From an uncultured Acidobacteriaceae bacterium (lineage in GTDB: Bacteria > Acidobacteriota > Terriglobia > Terriglobales > Acidobacteriaceae), in assembly GCA_963830325.1 (NCBI GenBank), contig CAWHMV010000019.1, positions 17,168 to 81,167 of the forward strand: 64,000 nt of DNA. The letters run 5' to 3'. Within the stretch, counting starts at the first letter, position 1. Each line of letters begins with the position of its first letter. The position numbers were made by a program, and so were the translations under genes. The notes below the pieces were generated by a model that was not told where the DNA came from, made no database searches, and saw only the letters and a program-made list of their open reading frames with translations. Below, piece after piece: positions 54,258 through 63,493 of this stretch.

Positions 54258-55486
54258 ACTTCCGCGCGGCTCTCTGCGGGCGGAGGATTCAAACCCGGTA
54301 CCGGCCGAAATGGTTTCGCCGTGCCCGCCGGCGCAGAGAGGCGAGCCTTCTGCTTGCGCCGTACTTCCCGGATAGCTACCAGGATCAGCGCGCTAAACGT
54401 GATAATTAAGAGGATGAATGCGTAACGGCCGTGCAGTTCCGTTACTTCCCCGTACAGCAGCGCCAGACCTACAAAAACGAAAAACACATGGGCACAGAAG
54501 ACTTCGAGAGAAGCTTTGCCCAGGGTTAGAAACGGTTCGACCAGGACCAACCTGGTCAAGTATTTCCGTGACCAGTAAATCATGCATGAGAAAGCGAAAA
54601 GGTTCAGCATGCGCAGCGGACCGATCTGCCATTTGTCTAACGACAAGCCCAGAACTTCCTGCGTGAGATGAGGCCCGAGCCAGTCGTGGCGCACGCCTAG
54701 AAAGAAGAGGCAAATGGCCCCGCTCAGCGGAAACACATAACCGGGCAGCCGGCTTAAAGGGTTCTGACGCTGTGCCGACTTGGCCCCCAGCCACAAAGCC
54801 AGCACCCAGATGGCCTGCCAGGCAAAAAGGTTGAAGGCTCCTGTCTCCTGCAGGGGTATATGTAAGCCCGTGGCATGCACCACCAGGTCATGCATCCAGC
54901 TGCGCAAACCAAACTGGGCCAGAATCCAGATGGCGCCACTTACCAGAAGAATGCTGTTCCAACCCTTGCGTACCGCCACCCCGAGGATGTACGGCGTGAG
55001 TAGTAGAAAGGTCACATACATGGGGAGTATGTCGAGCAGCGGTGGGCAGTAGATCAGCAGCAATGACCCGATGATCGCGGTCAGTGGGTGGGCCAGGTAG
55101 AAGTTGAGCAGGTTGTAGATGGCCGCGCGATGTGTGTGTGCGGCGAACGCCGCCACCACGGTGAACACCATGGCCAACATAATGAGGTGGTAGCCATAGA
55201 TTCTGAGTGCGCGCTTCCACAATTTGCTGCGCACGTCGTCGCTGTCCTCTTCCGCCCGGTGGATGTACAGGGTAGCCACCAGCATGCCGGACAAAAACAC
55301 AAATCCTTCGGCCGATGAAACGAAACCAAAGGGTTGATTCACCAGCTCACTGAGACGTGTAGGCAGGTGTGTCAGCGTCATCCAGACCAGAAAAAGTCCG
55401 CGCAGGGCGTCCAGCTCCGGACGGCGCTGTATCTTGCCCAGCTGCAATACTCTTCGCGAAGCGGACTTCACATCCATGTGCAACAC
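54254..55486 (-). CDS. OpgC-like / acyltransferase-3-like integral membrane protein
   Basis: 410 aa. RPELDALRGLFLVWMTLTHLP is typical of OpgC-family proteins, and there are ~10 hydrophobic helices. The start is GTG 55486 or ATG 55477. Its stop codon overlaps the stop of the convergent Mqn gene (TTAA). Confidence 0.7.
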   Translation of the reverse strand: MLHMDVKSASRRVLQLGKIQRRPELDALRGLFLVWMTLTHLPTRLSELVNQPFGFVSSAEGFVFLSGMLVATLYIHRAEEDSDDVRSKLWKRALRIYGYHLIMLAMVFTVVAAFAAHTHRAAIYNLLNFYLAHPLTAIIGSLLLIYCPPLLDILPMYVTFLLLTPYILGVAVRKGWNSILLVSGAIWILAQFGLRSWMHDLVVHATGLHIPLQETGAFNLFAWQAIWVLALWLGAKSAQRQNPLSRLPGYVFPLSGAICLFFLGVRHDWLGPHLTQEVLGLSLDKWQIGPLRMLNLFAFSCMIYWSRKYLTRLVLVEPFLTLGKASLEVFCAHVFFVFVGLALLYGEVTELHGRYAFILLIITFSALILVAIREVRRKQKARLSAPAGTAKPFRPVPGLNPPPAESRAEV

Positions 55487-55563
55487 ACCTGTCGGGCCGA
55501 TTTATCCGCTCTCTATTAGAGACGCAGTTTGCGGCCAGAGGTTGCGAGAAAGGGGGAGGGAAA

Positions 55564-55585
55564 GGGCTGCACTCGCCTGCAGCCC
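55564..55585 (-). terminator. Terminator-like hairpin after the acyl-CoA dehydrogenase gene
   Basis: Minus strand: GGGCTGCA-ggcgag-TGCAGCCC followed by TTTCCCTCCCCCTTTC. Confidence 0.5.
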
Positions 55586-55652
55586 TGAAACGTAATTTTA
55601 CAGAATGAACCGTTGTGTAGACAGAAGGATGTTTTGCGGAAGATCGATTCCC

Positions 55653-56831
55653 CTAGTACGCGGGAATACCAGTAATGCTCTGTCCGATAATGAGTGCATG
55701 GATGTCGTGCGTGCCCTCGTAGGTTTTCACTGATTCGAGGTTCATCATGTGCCGCATGACCGGGTAGTCGTCGGTGATGCCGTTGCCGCCCAGAATGTCG
55801 CGTGCCATTCGCGCGCACTCCAGCGCCATCCAGACGTTGTTCCGCTTTGCCATGGAGATGTGTTCAAAGCTCACTTTGCCCGCGTCTTTGAGCCGCCCCA
55901 CCTGGAGCGCGAGCAGTTGACCCTTGGTGATCTCCGAGATCATCCAGGTCAATTTTTCCTGCACCAATTGGTGGCTGGCGATGGGTTCCTCGCGAAACTG
56001 CTTTCTCACCAGTGCGTACTGAAGTGCGGTGTCATAGCAGGACATTGCCGCTCCCAGGCCACCCCAGCTGATGCCGTACCGGGCCTGGTTGAGGCACATG
56101 AGGGGCGACTTGAGGCCACCCGTGCCGGGCAGCAGATTGCATGCCGGGATGCGCACATCCTGCAGAGAAAGGCCGGACGTCACCGAGGCCCGCAGCGACC
56201 ATTTGCCATGCACATCGTAGGCCGAGAAGCCGGGCCGATTGGTCTCCACGAGAAACCCTCTCACCTTGCCATCCTCGTCGTCCACCTTTGCCCAGATCAC
56301 GGCTACGTCGGCAATGGAGCCCGACGTGATCCACATTTTTTCCCCGTTGAGAATGTATTCGTCACCGTCTTTGCGGGCGCGCGTCCGCATGCCCCCCGGG
56401 TTCGAGCCATAGTCAGGCTCGGTTAGCCCGAAGCACCCGAGCTTCTCGCCTGTCGCCAGCAGCGGTAGCCAGGTATTCTTCTGCGCCTCGCTGCCGAACG
56501 TGTAAATGGGATACATGACCAGGGCCGACTGCACGCTGACAAAGCTGCGCAGGCCCGAGTCACCGCGCTCCAGCTCCTGCATCACCAGGCCGTACTCCAC
56601 ATTGGACATGCCGGCGCATCCATAGCCCTCGAGGCTGGCGCCAAAGAAGCCAAGCTGGCCCATCGGCTGGATCAACTCTCGAGGAAACCGGCCATCGCGA
56701 TTGCACTGTTCGATGATCGGGATCACGTTGTCTTCGACGAACTGGCGCGTGGTATCGCGTGAAAGCAGCTCGTCGCCGGAGAGCAGCCCATCAAACTGTA
56801 TAAAATCAACACCTTTAAATTTGAACGCCAT
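55653..56831 (-). CDS. Acyl-CoA dehydrogenase (glutaryl-CoA dehydrogenase-like)
   Basis: ATG 56831 gives MAFKFKGVDFIQFDGLLSGDELLSRDTTRQFVEDNVIP, a GCDH-type N-terminus. Motifs ...GCFGLTEPDYGSNPGGM... and ...TYEGTHDIHALIIG.... The track start at 56843 is a GTG. Confidence 0.85.
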   Translation of the reverse strand: MAFKFKGVDFIQFDGLLSGDELLSRDTTRQFVEDNVIPIIEQCNRDGRFPRELIQPMGQLGFFGASLEGYGCAGMSNVEYGLVMQELERGDSGLRSFVSVQSALVMYPIYTFGSEAQKNTWLPLLATGEKLGCFGLTEPDYGSNPGGMRTRARKDGDEYILNGEKMWITSGSIADVAVIWAKVDDEDGKVRGFLVETNRPGFSAYDVHGKWSLRASVTSGLSLQDVRIPACNLLPGTGGLKSPLMCLNQARYGISWGGLGAAMSCYDTALQYALVRKQFREEPIASHQLVQEKLTWMISEITKGQLLALQVGRLKDAGKVSFEHISMAKRNNVWMALECARMARDILGGNGITDDYPVMRHMMNLESVKTYEGTHDIHALIIGQSITGIPAY

Positions 56832-56949
56832 GCCGGTAGGCACCTCAGAAAGCTGGTAGCAAACCTTTAAGACTAGCAGAGATCGTGCACCCCGTCAGCG
56901 GAACCCAAAGACAGCCCTGAAATTCAACCCCAAACGAAAAGTAAGGGGA

Positions 56950-57121
56950 GTGGGACGGGTGCCTCATGTTCGCACCAGCGTACACCCGGATTTCCTGTCG
57001 AGTTCGATGGCGTTGACGAACTTCATGCGGCTTTCCTCAATGAAAGCCGCACACGCATCCGTCGGTGGCGCCCCGTGCAGGAAATCCGGGACCATGGGCC
57101 GAAAAAGATGGGGCGAAGCCC
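56950..57121. repeat. GTGGGACGGGTGCC...GGGCCGAAAAAGATGGGGCGAAGCCC repeat, long copy carrying the nested stem module
   Basis: Its ends match 47358-47439. The interior 56985-57090 is the second copy of the module at 26990-27098. Confidence 0.8.
56985..57090 (+). repeat. ~107-nt nested stem module, copy 2
   Basis: Outer stem cccggatttcctg (56985-56997) pairs with caggaaatccggg (57078-57090). Inner hairpin gcggctttc (57027-57035) pairs with gaaagccgc (57042-57050). Confidence 0.85.
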
Positions 57122-57213
57122 CCTCAATCGTCTTGAGCTAAGGCAGGCAAAGAACTGAGACAGTTACATTTCGTTGGATTTGCCATTGATTCAGCACAGA
57201 CCCCACCGCCCGC

Positions 57214-58050
57214 TTACGACAAATATTCTTTCAGGAACGGATCGTCACTGTGCACCAGGTCATGCGTAGAGCCATCGAAAACAATATGCCCGTCATGCAG
57301 GACCAGGAAATTCGTTTTTGAATCCAGCCCCCCATTAGGAATGGGAACCATGTGGTTCTTTTCCCGGTCGAAGGTGTGCGTGGCCAGCATGAAGGCATCC
57401 TGCAAACGATGCGTCACCAGCAGTGAACTGGTGCGATAAACGTCGCGCTGTTTCATGACCAGCTCAACGATCGTAGTCGAAGTAATCGGATCCAAACCCC
57501 CGGTTGGGGAGTCGTAGAGGATCAAGTCTGGCCGGTTCACAATCGCCCGGGCAATCGCCACCCTGCGGCGCATGCCGCCGGAAAGCTGGGATGGAAACTT
57601 GTCCAGCGTCTGCTCCAGTTCCACGAAGCGAAGCGCTTCCGTCACCCGTTGCGTGACTTCCGCCTCGGGAATTTTCTGCTCCATCAAGCGGTAGGCCACA
57701 TTGTCCCGCACCGTGAGCGAATCGAACAGGGCTCCCTCCTGAAACACCATGCCAATGCGCCCCCGCAACTGGAAGAGCTGCTCTTCCGGCATGTTGTCGA
57801 TTCGTTCGCCGAAGACCGTAATGGTCCCGGAGTCAGGCCTTATCAATCCATTTGCGAGCTTGAGCAGCACGCTCTTGCCACTACCTGCGGGTCCCAGAAG
57901 GATTCTGGTCTCCCCCGGAGATACAGTCAGCGAGATATTCTCGAGGACCTGCTTGCCTTCAAAGCCGATCGAGACGTCATCGAAGACCACGACCGGCTGC
58001 GAAGGATCGTCTGTTGTTGCCGTGGGTGCGGTCTGGGGCGCGGTGACCAT
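57214..58050 (-). CDS. mlaF: ABC transporter ATP-binding protein, MlaF-like
   Basis: 278 aa. Walker A GPAGSGKSVLLK, signature LSGGMRRRVAIARAI, and Walker B LILYDSPTGGLDP. It lies 3 nt downstream of the MlaE-like gene. Confidence 0.85.
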   Translation of the reverse strand: MVTAPQTAPTATTDDPSQPVVVFDDVSIGFEGKQVLENISLTVSPGETRILLGPAGSGKSVLLKLANGLIRPDSGTITVFGERIDNMPEEQLFQLRGRIGMVFQEGALFDSLTVRDNVAYRLMEQKIPEAEVTQRVTEALRFVELEQTLDKFPSQLSGGMRRRVAIARAIVNRPDLILYDSPTGGLDPITSTTIVELVMKQRDVYRTSSLLVTHRLQDAFMLATHTFDREKNHMVPIPNGGLDSKTNFLVLHDGHIVFDGSTHDLVHSDDPFLKEYLS

Positions 58051-58053
58051 AGT

Positions 58054-58833
58054 CTAGAAGCCGAAGACATTGATCATGAACTGGCTGATCAAAAAGTCGA
58101 CGAAGATGATGAGCACGGAAGAGACAACCACCGCCTGGGTGGTGGAGCGGCCAACGCCCTGCGTACCGCCGCGTGTGGTCATGCCATAGAAGCAGCCGAT
58201 GCTGGCAATGATGAAGCCAAACACTACAGGTTTTACCAGGCCCTGAAGAATATCGGGAAAACGCAGCGTCTGGTAAGCCGTGTGGAAATACTGAGACCCG
58301 TTCTGTCCCAGCATGACCACCGATACAAACGCCCCACCCAAGGTACCCACAGTGTCGGAGATGATGGTGAGAAAAAAGAGCATGAAAACGGTGGCGTACA
58401 GGCGCGGCGTCACCAGTTTCTTCAGCGGATCTGTGCCCAGCGCACGCATGGCATCAATCTGCTCGGTCACCATCATTGAGCCCAACTCACTGGCCATTCC
58501 TGAGGCATTCCGCCCGGAGACCATGAGGCTGGTGAGAACCGGGCCGAGTTCCTTGATCATCGACAGACTGACCAGTTCCCCGGTAATGGCGGTAGCGCCA
58601 AACTGAGCCAGCGAGGATGCGGATTGCAGGGCCAGTACCCCGCCGGTGAAGAAGCCGGTGAGGATGACGATAGGCAGTGACCCTATCCCGATAGAGTCCG
58701 CCTGGGTGATCAGGTCGCCAAAGTAGTGCGGACGCTGAACAATGTTGGCGAGAGCCCGGCCCGCGAGTACGGCATAGTCCTGCACTGCGACCACGTACTT
58801 CTTGGCCAAGCTTTCAATCGAGTCGAATGGCAT
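58054..58833 (-). CDS. mlaE: MlaE-family ABC transporter permease
   Basis: Typical MlaE segments: ELGPVLTSLMVSGRNASGMASELGSMMVTEQIDAMRALGTDP and ...GGTQGVGRSTTQAVV.... ATG 58833 is preferred over the TTG at 58839. Confidence 0.85.
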   Translation of the reverse strand: MPFDSIESLAKKYVVAVQDYAVLAGRALANIVQRPHYFGDLITQADSIGIGSLPIVILTGFFTGGVLALQSASSLAQFGATAITGELVSLSMIKELGPVLTSLMVSGRNASGMASELGSMMVTEQIDAMRALGTDPLKKLVTPRLYATVFMLFFLTIISDTVGTLGGAFVSVVMLGQNGSQYFHTAYQTLRFPDILQGLVKPVVFGFIIASIGCFYGMTTRGGTQGVGRSTTQAVVVSSVLIIFVDFLISQFMINVFGF

Positions 58834-58863
58834 ACCCAAGCCGAGGGTACCACACGCCCCGCT

Positions 58864-60303
58864 CTAGTCTTTCATCCGCTTCTTGATCTCGATAGAGAGC
58901 CGTTTGATCTTCTGGTTGAGGGTGGAAAGGGGAATGCGGAACTGCTCCGCCGCATCCGTCTGGTTCCACTTGCAGCGCTCCAGTTTGTCGATGATGATGC
59001 GCCGCTCTATGTCTTCCAGAATGTCGAATAATGAGGCGTCTGGATTATGCTCCAGCAGGCTGGAGGAGTAACTGCGGCCAGTGAGGTGGCCAGGAAGAAG
59101 ATCGAATCCAATGGTGGGCGTGGAGGAGAGAACCACGCCGCGCTCAATGACGTTTTCCAGCTCGCGCACATTGCCTGGCCAGTCGTAATCCATCAGCACT
59201 CGCATGGCTTCCGGCGCCAGCGTGCGTGCCGGCAAATCGTTCTCCTCCGCATAGCGCTTGAGAAAGCTCGCGGCCAGCAGCGGGATATCTTCGCGACGGG
59301 TGCGCAGCGGCGGCAGATCGATGGTGATCACATTCAGCCGGTAGAACAAATCTTCGCGGAATTTACCTTCCCGCACCGCCTGCCGCAGATCAACATTGGT
59401 GGCAGCGAGTATGCGCACGTCCACCTGGATCTCGTGCACGCCGCCCAAGTGCATAAAGCGGCGGTCCTGCAAGACGCGCAGCACCTTGGCTTGCGTATCC
59501 ATCCCCATGGTGCCGATCTCGTCCAGGAAGAGGGTGCCAAAGTTAGCCATTTCAAAAAGTCCCTTTTTGGCTGAAACAGCGGACGTAAACGCCCCCTTGA
59601 CGTGACCAAAAAGCGTGGACTCGAGCAGATCGCTGGGCATGGCGCCGGTGTTCACGGGCACAAAGGGCTTGTCCCGGCGGGGAGAATTGGCGTGCAGCGC
59701 CTTGGCGATGAGTTCCTTGCCGGTTCCGCTCTCACCCTGTATCAGAATCGTGGAGCGGGTCGGAGCTACCTGTGCCACCAGGTCGAAGATGCGCAACATG
59801 GGCTCGCTCTTGCCCACGATGTTTTCAAAGTTGTAGCGCTGCTTCAGCGCGCGCTTGAGCTGGACATTCTCTTCTTCCGCGCGTTGCCGGGCGGTCGCGG
59901 CACGGATATCGGCCAGAAGTTTTTCGTTGTCCCAGGGCTTTTGGACAAAATTCTGCGCCCCACCATTCATGGCGTCGACTACGTTGCCGACGGTTCCGTA
60001 GGCGGTGATCATGATCACCGGCAGGTTGGGTTGGCGCTCGCGGATGCGCGCCAGAACCTCCAGGCCATTCTGTCCCGGCAGTGCCAGGTCCAGCAAAACG
60101 AGGTCATAGGTTCGGCTATCGATGGCCCTGAGACCAGCCTGGCCTTCAGGGGCCAGGTCGACGACATAGCCTTCCAGCACCAGCAGTGTCTCCAGCGATT
60201 CGCGAATGGCTGCTTCGTCGTCAATGATCAGAATGCGCGCTGCCGGTTCGGGGTTCGAGACCTGGGCTTTGTTTTGCGCAACGAGAATGCCGGCCTCAGA
60301 CAT
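58864..60303 (-). CDS. Sigma-54-dependent response regulator (NtrC family: REC + AAA+ + Fis HTH)
   Basis: Trimmed to ATG 60303, with an 8-nt overlap (ATGTCTGA) onto the kinase stop. REC domain RILIIDDE...DLVLLDLALPG, AAA+ motif GESGTGKE, variant GAFTGA loop GAFTSA, and C-terminal HTH WNQTDAAEQFRIPLSTLNQKIKRL. Confidence 0.88.
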   Translation of the reverse strand: MSEAGILVAQNKAQVSNPEPAARILIIDDEAAIRESLETLLVLEGYVVDLAPEGQAGLRAIDSRTYDLVLLDLALPGQNGLEVLARIRERQPNLPVIMITAYGTVGNVVDAMNGGAQNFVQKPWDNEKLLADIRAATARQRAEEENVQLKRALKQRYNFENIVGKSEPMLRIFDLVAQVAPTRSTILIQGESGTGKELIAKALHANSPRRDKPFVPVNTGAMPSDLLESTLFGHVKGAFTSAVSAKKGLFEMANFGTLFLDEIGTMGMDTQAKVLRVLQDRRFMHLGGVHEIQVDVRILAATNVDLRQAVREGKFREDLFYRLNVITIDLPPLRTRREDIPLLAASFLKRYAEENDLPARTLAPEAMRVLMDYDWPGNVRELENVIERGVVLSSTPTIGFDLLPGHLTGRSYSSSLLEHNPDASLFDILEDIERRIIIDKLERCKWNQTDAAEQFRIPLSTLNQKIKRLSIEIKKRMKD

Positions 60304-63127
60304 GGGCGGGTTTCCTTGCCATGGGAAATTCGAGATGGAAAGTGGTACCGCTACCGATCTGGCTCTCCACCTGGATCTTGCCCGCATGCTCCTGGATAAT
60401 GCCGTAGCTCACTGCTAACCCCAGTCCTGTGCCCCTGCGCTGCCCCTCGCTCACGGTCCCTTTGGTGGTGAAGAATGGGTCGTAGATGCGCTGCACGTGT
60501 TCCAGCGCAATGCCCGAGCCGGTGTCGGAAACGTCCACCGCTACATGCCCGTTTGCCTGCGTGGCTACCCGCAGTGTACCGCCAGCCGCCATCGCGTCCT
60601 TGGCATTGAGAAACAAATTGAGAAAGACCTGCTGAAGTTTGCCGGAGTTGCCGAGAATCGGCGGAAGATTATCTTCGAACGAAGTTTCCAGCTGTACCTG
60701 CGAGACACGGAACTGATGTTCCAGCAGCTTCAGCGTTTCTTCGATTACGTGGTTCAGATCCAGAGCCGTAAACTCCGCCGCACCAGTGCGCGAAAAATTC
60801 AGCAGGCCATTCACGATTTCCGAGGCCCGGAACGTCTGCTGCGTAATTTTGTCCAAAAGCGGCGCCACTCTTTGATCTCCTCGCACTTGTTTGGCGAGCA
60901 TCTGGGTATACGACGAAATCACGGCGAGGGGAGTGTTGACCTCATGAGCCACACCGGCTGCCAGTAGTCCAATGGAGGAGAGTTTGTCGGCTTGTGTCAG
61001 CTGTGCTTCCAGCTCCATGCGCTCGGTTATGTCATCCACGATAATGATGCGCCCGACCACCTCAAAGTTGCGCGAGACGAGGGGCGCGATGGCCACGTTG
61101 GCACAACGGTTCTCGCCGGTGCGCGTCTGCAGCCGGAAGCGGTAGAGGTTGTGGACTCCAGGCTCATCTTTCAAGCGCAGGAATTCGGCCACAAAATTCT
61201 CCGGCAAAATGTCGCGGAGATACTGCCCCATCGCCTCCTGGCGCGACATGGCGTACATCACTTCCATCTGCGCGTTCCAGCTCTCGACCCTTTCTTCCAG
61301 GTCAACCGCGAACACGCCGACATTGATCGACTCGACAATGTTTTCGTTGAACTCCTTCAACCGCTCGTATTCGGATATCTTCTGCTCCAGGCTGGCGTAC
61401 AGACGTGCGTTCTGAATCGCGATCCCGATATAGCTGGCCATCGATTCCAGCAATTCCACGTCTTCGCTGGAGAGGAAGTCTCCATGTGTGGTGCGTCCCA
61501 GCCCGATAATGGCGATGGTCTTTTCCTGCAAGCGGCAAGGGAGGTAATAGTTCAAATCGAGCGAGGCTGCGGAGTGGCGTTCTTCGGGCGTCAGGTGAAG
61601 CGCCTGCTGCGGATTCTCCAGGAAGATGTGGGTGCCGGCATCCGGCTGGTCGAAATTGAGAAAATCCAGGCCCGGATGGCTTTCCCGGCCCAGCAGTTGT
61701 GCCGGTAGCCCGTGAGCCGCCATCAGTCGATAGGCACCGTTCCGATCGGGAAAAAAGATGGCTACCCTCGCCACCAGAAGCGTTTCTGACAAGCGATCCA
61801 CGATGGAAGTGAGCAGCCTGCCTAGATCGGTCTGTGAGCTCAAGCCGCGGCCGAACGTGATCAGGGTCTTCCGATAATCGTAGCGTTTATGGTCGAAAAC
61901 CCGGTCGACCCGGTCTTGTATGGCCCGTTTGAGCGGTTCGAAAAGCTGGGCGGTGATGATGATGGCGGCAATCAAGCCCCAGGCGCCCGCACTGGGCAGG
62001 CGGGTGTGCACCAGCTCCGCCGCGACTGCCACTGCGCCGAAGTAAAGCCCGACCAACGCCGCTGTCGCCAGGGTATAGGTAACCCCTCGCTTGAAGATCA
62101 AGTCGACATCCATCAGGCGGTAGCGGACGATGGCCCAGCTAAAGGTCAACGGCAAAAAGACCAGGCAAATCCCACCCAGCTTGGTCAGGACACCAGGAAC
62201 GGGAATGCCGGTGAGAAAAGGAATGACATCCAACACCGTGAAGGGAATGACGGTCAGCAACGTTCCCCGCGTCAGCCACTTCAATTGCTGCCGGCGAAGC
62301 GGATTCGTCTGCCGCAGGTAGTTGCGCAGGAAAACCAGCGCGGCCAAGACATAGTAGATCGCCAGGTACGCCGTCGCCAGCTGGTCAAGACGCGTCTTCA
62401 ACAGCCCTGTTGCTTCCCATCGCAGCATCGCTACCACTTGCAGGACGATGACACCCAGGCCGGGAAGATAGATCAGGGAGTTGATCCAGTGCCGCCGTGC
62501 CGCTGGCCGCTCTTCTGGAAACGCTAACGCGAAATGGAGGAACAGCGCCGGTTGCAGCGCTCCGGCCAGAATCTTGCCCCAGTAGATTGTCCAGTCGAAA
62601 CCATTGAACCGGCCTGTGTAGTCGAACGAATAGAGAACAAAGGACGCTAGACAAAAGACATAAAAGTGAGTCGCGCGGGGTGCTGTCCACCGCCTGAAGA
62701 GGACGTAGAGACCGATGGAAAGGTAAACCAGCGCAATCAGCCGCAAACCCTGGTTTTCGGTCCGGTCAGAGGCCTCAATCAAGACGGATGCGTGGATAGG
62801 AACGCCTGAACGGATCAGAGAATAATCCGCGTTCCGCCAAGTGCCCACGGCAAACCACTGCCGGATCAGGGAAGAAACCCGCGGCGTAGGAACGTTGTTT
62901 GCCGCAACCAGCAGATCCCCAGCTTTGATGCCGGCTCGCTCGCCGGGACCATCCTTCACTACCCTCTGTGCCCTTAGGCCTCCGGGCGCTTCTTGCCATA
63001 TCACCTTGTCGGTGGGCTGAGGATATGAGCCCTCTTTGGAATAATTCAGGGCGGCAAGAACCGCGGCCGCCAAAGTAAACCCGGCGAGAAGAACGACGGC
63101 CACCCGAATTTGAAACGTCTTAAGCAT
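60296..63127 (-). CDS. Multi-domain sensor histidine kinase (TM1, PDZ, multi-TM block, GAF, PAS, HisKA, HATPase_c)
   Basis: PDZ-like VVKDGPGERAGIKAGDLLVAANNV follows the first TM helix. About 6-8 further hydrophobic helices come next. GAF-like (...VARVAIFFPDRNGAYRLMAAHG...) and PAS-like (INVGVFAVDLEERVESWNAQMEVMYAMSRQEAMG) segments are present. H-box SSIGLLAAGVAHEVNTPL and G-boxes DTGSGI / GTGLGL. The start is ATG 63127 or GTG 63166, and neither has an SD. Confidence 0.85.
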   Translation of the reverse strand: MLKTFQIRVAVVLLAGFTLAAAVLAALNYSKEGSYPQPTDKVIWQEAPGGLRAQRVVKDGPGERAGIKAGDLLVAANNVPTPRVSSLIRQWFAVGTWRNADYSLIRSGVPIHASVLIEASDRTENQGLRLIALVYLSIGLYVLFRRWTAPRATHFYVFCLASFVLYSFDYTGRFNGFDWTIYWGKILAGALQPALFLHFALAFPEERPAARRHWINSLIYLPGLGVIVLQVVAMLRWEATGLLKTRLDQLATAYLAIYYVLAALVFLRNYLRQTNPLRRQQLKWLTRGTLLTVIPFTVLDVIPFLTGIPVPGVLTKLGGICLVFLPLTFSWAIVRYRLMDVDLIFKRGVTYTLATAALVGLYFGAVAVAAELVHTRLPSAGAWGLIAAIIITAQLFEPLKRAIQDRVDRVFDHKRYDYRKTLITFGRGLSSQTDLGRLLTSIVDRLSETLLVARVAIFFPDRNGAYRLMAAHGLPAQLLGRESHPGLDFLNFDQPDAGTHIFLENPQQALHLTPEERHSAASLDLNYYLPCRLQEKTIAIIGLGRTTHGDFLSSEDVELLESMASYIGIAIQNARLYASLEQKISEYERLKEFNENIVESINVGVFAVDLEERVESWNAQMEVMYAMSRQEAMGQYLRDILPENFVAEFLRLKDEPGVHNLYRFRLQTRTGENRCANVAIAPLVSRNFEVVGRIIIVDDITERMELEAQLTQADKLSSIGLLAAGVAHEVNTPLAVISSYTQMLAKQVRGDQRVAPLLDKITQQTFRASEIVNGLLNFSRTGAAEFTALDLNHVIEETLKLLEHQFRVSQVQLETSFEDNLPPILGNSGKLQQVFLNLFLNAKDAMAAGGTLRVATQANGHVAVDVSDTGSGIALEHVQRIYDPFFTTKGTVSEGQRRGTGLGLAVSYGIIQEHAGKIQVESQIGSGTTFHLEFPMARKPAHV

Positions 63128-63411
63128 CGCGTTGCTGCGCAGAAGAACAGAGGTTCCCCAGGACACAAGAGCACGCTATGGACCAACAGGAAAGCCCGGC
63201 CACCCGGCGGACCCCCAGGGATCGCCCATTTACGGCCCCAGTATACCCTTGATTCAAGAAGAGATATACGAGGATCGATCAGGGCGCTACCAGCCTGGTA
63301 ATTCCCGTAACATGGGATCTGCAGATTTCCACCAGCTGGATATGACACTACATATCGATAAATCTTATTTTTGGGAATTTCGGATGGCTTCGGTGGCTTT
63401 CGCTTAGACAT
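63046..63411 (-). CDS. Candidate small ORF (121 codons) heading the kinase operon and overlapping the kinase start out of frame
   Basis: Perfect SD GGAGGAG (63425-63419) lies 7 nt upstream of ATG 63411. MSKRKPPKPSEIPKNKIYRYVVSYPAGGNLQIPCYGNYQAGSALIDPRISLLESRVYW... The 5' half is AT-richer than the flanking genes. The 3' third overlaps the kinase N-terminus in another frame, which lowers confidence. Confidence 0.4.
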   Translation of the reverse strand: MSKRKPPKPSEIPKNKIYRYVVSYPAGGNLQIPCYGNYQAGSALIDPRISLLESRVYWGRKWAIPGGPPGGRAFLLVHSVLLCPGEPLFFCAATRCLRRFKFGWPSFFSPGLLWRPRFLPP

Positions 63412-63426
63412 CTTTTTGCTCCTCCA

Positions 63427-63454
63427 TTGCGTTCTTAGCTAGCATGAATAGAAT
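63427..63454 (+). promoter_or_regulatory. Possible sigma-70-type promoter of the alpha/beta hydrolase gene
   Basis: TTGCGT (63427-63432), 16-nt spacer, TAGAAT (63449-63454), 40 nt upstream of ATG 63494. Confidence 0.4.
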
Positions 63455-63493
63455 GTGAATCCGGTGGATTTGCACTGGAGGGCAAGAGGTCAA

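Noticed and set aside
58834-58863. Search for a sigma-54 (-24 GG / -12 GC) promoter near the NtrC-type regulator, and at 30858-30875, 11571-11590 and 49560-49580
   Set aside because: TGGTAC/TGGCAT/TGGCAC-like hexamers are present, but the GG-to-GC spacing is wrong (8 instead of 10 nt) or the -12 TTGC is absent. The last site is inside a coding region.
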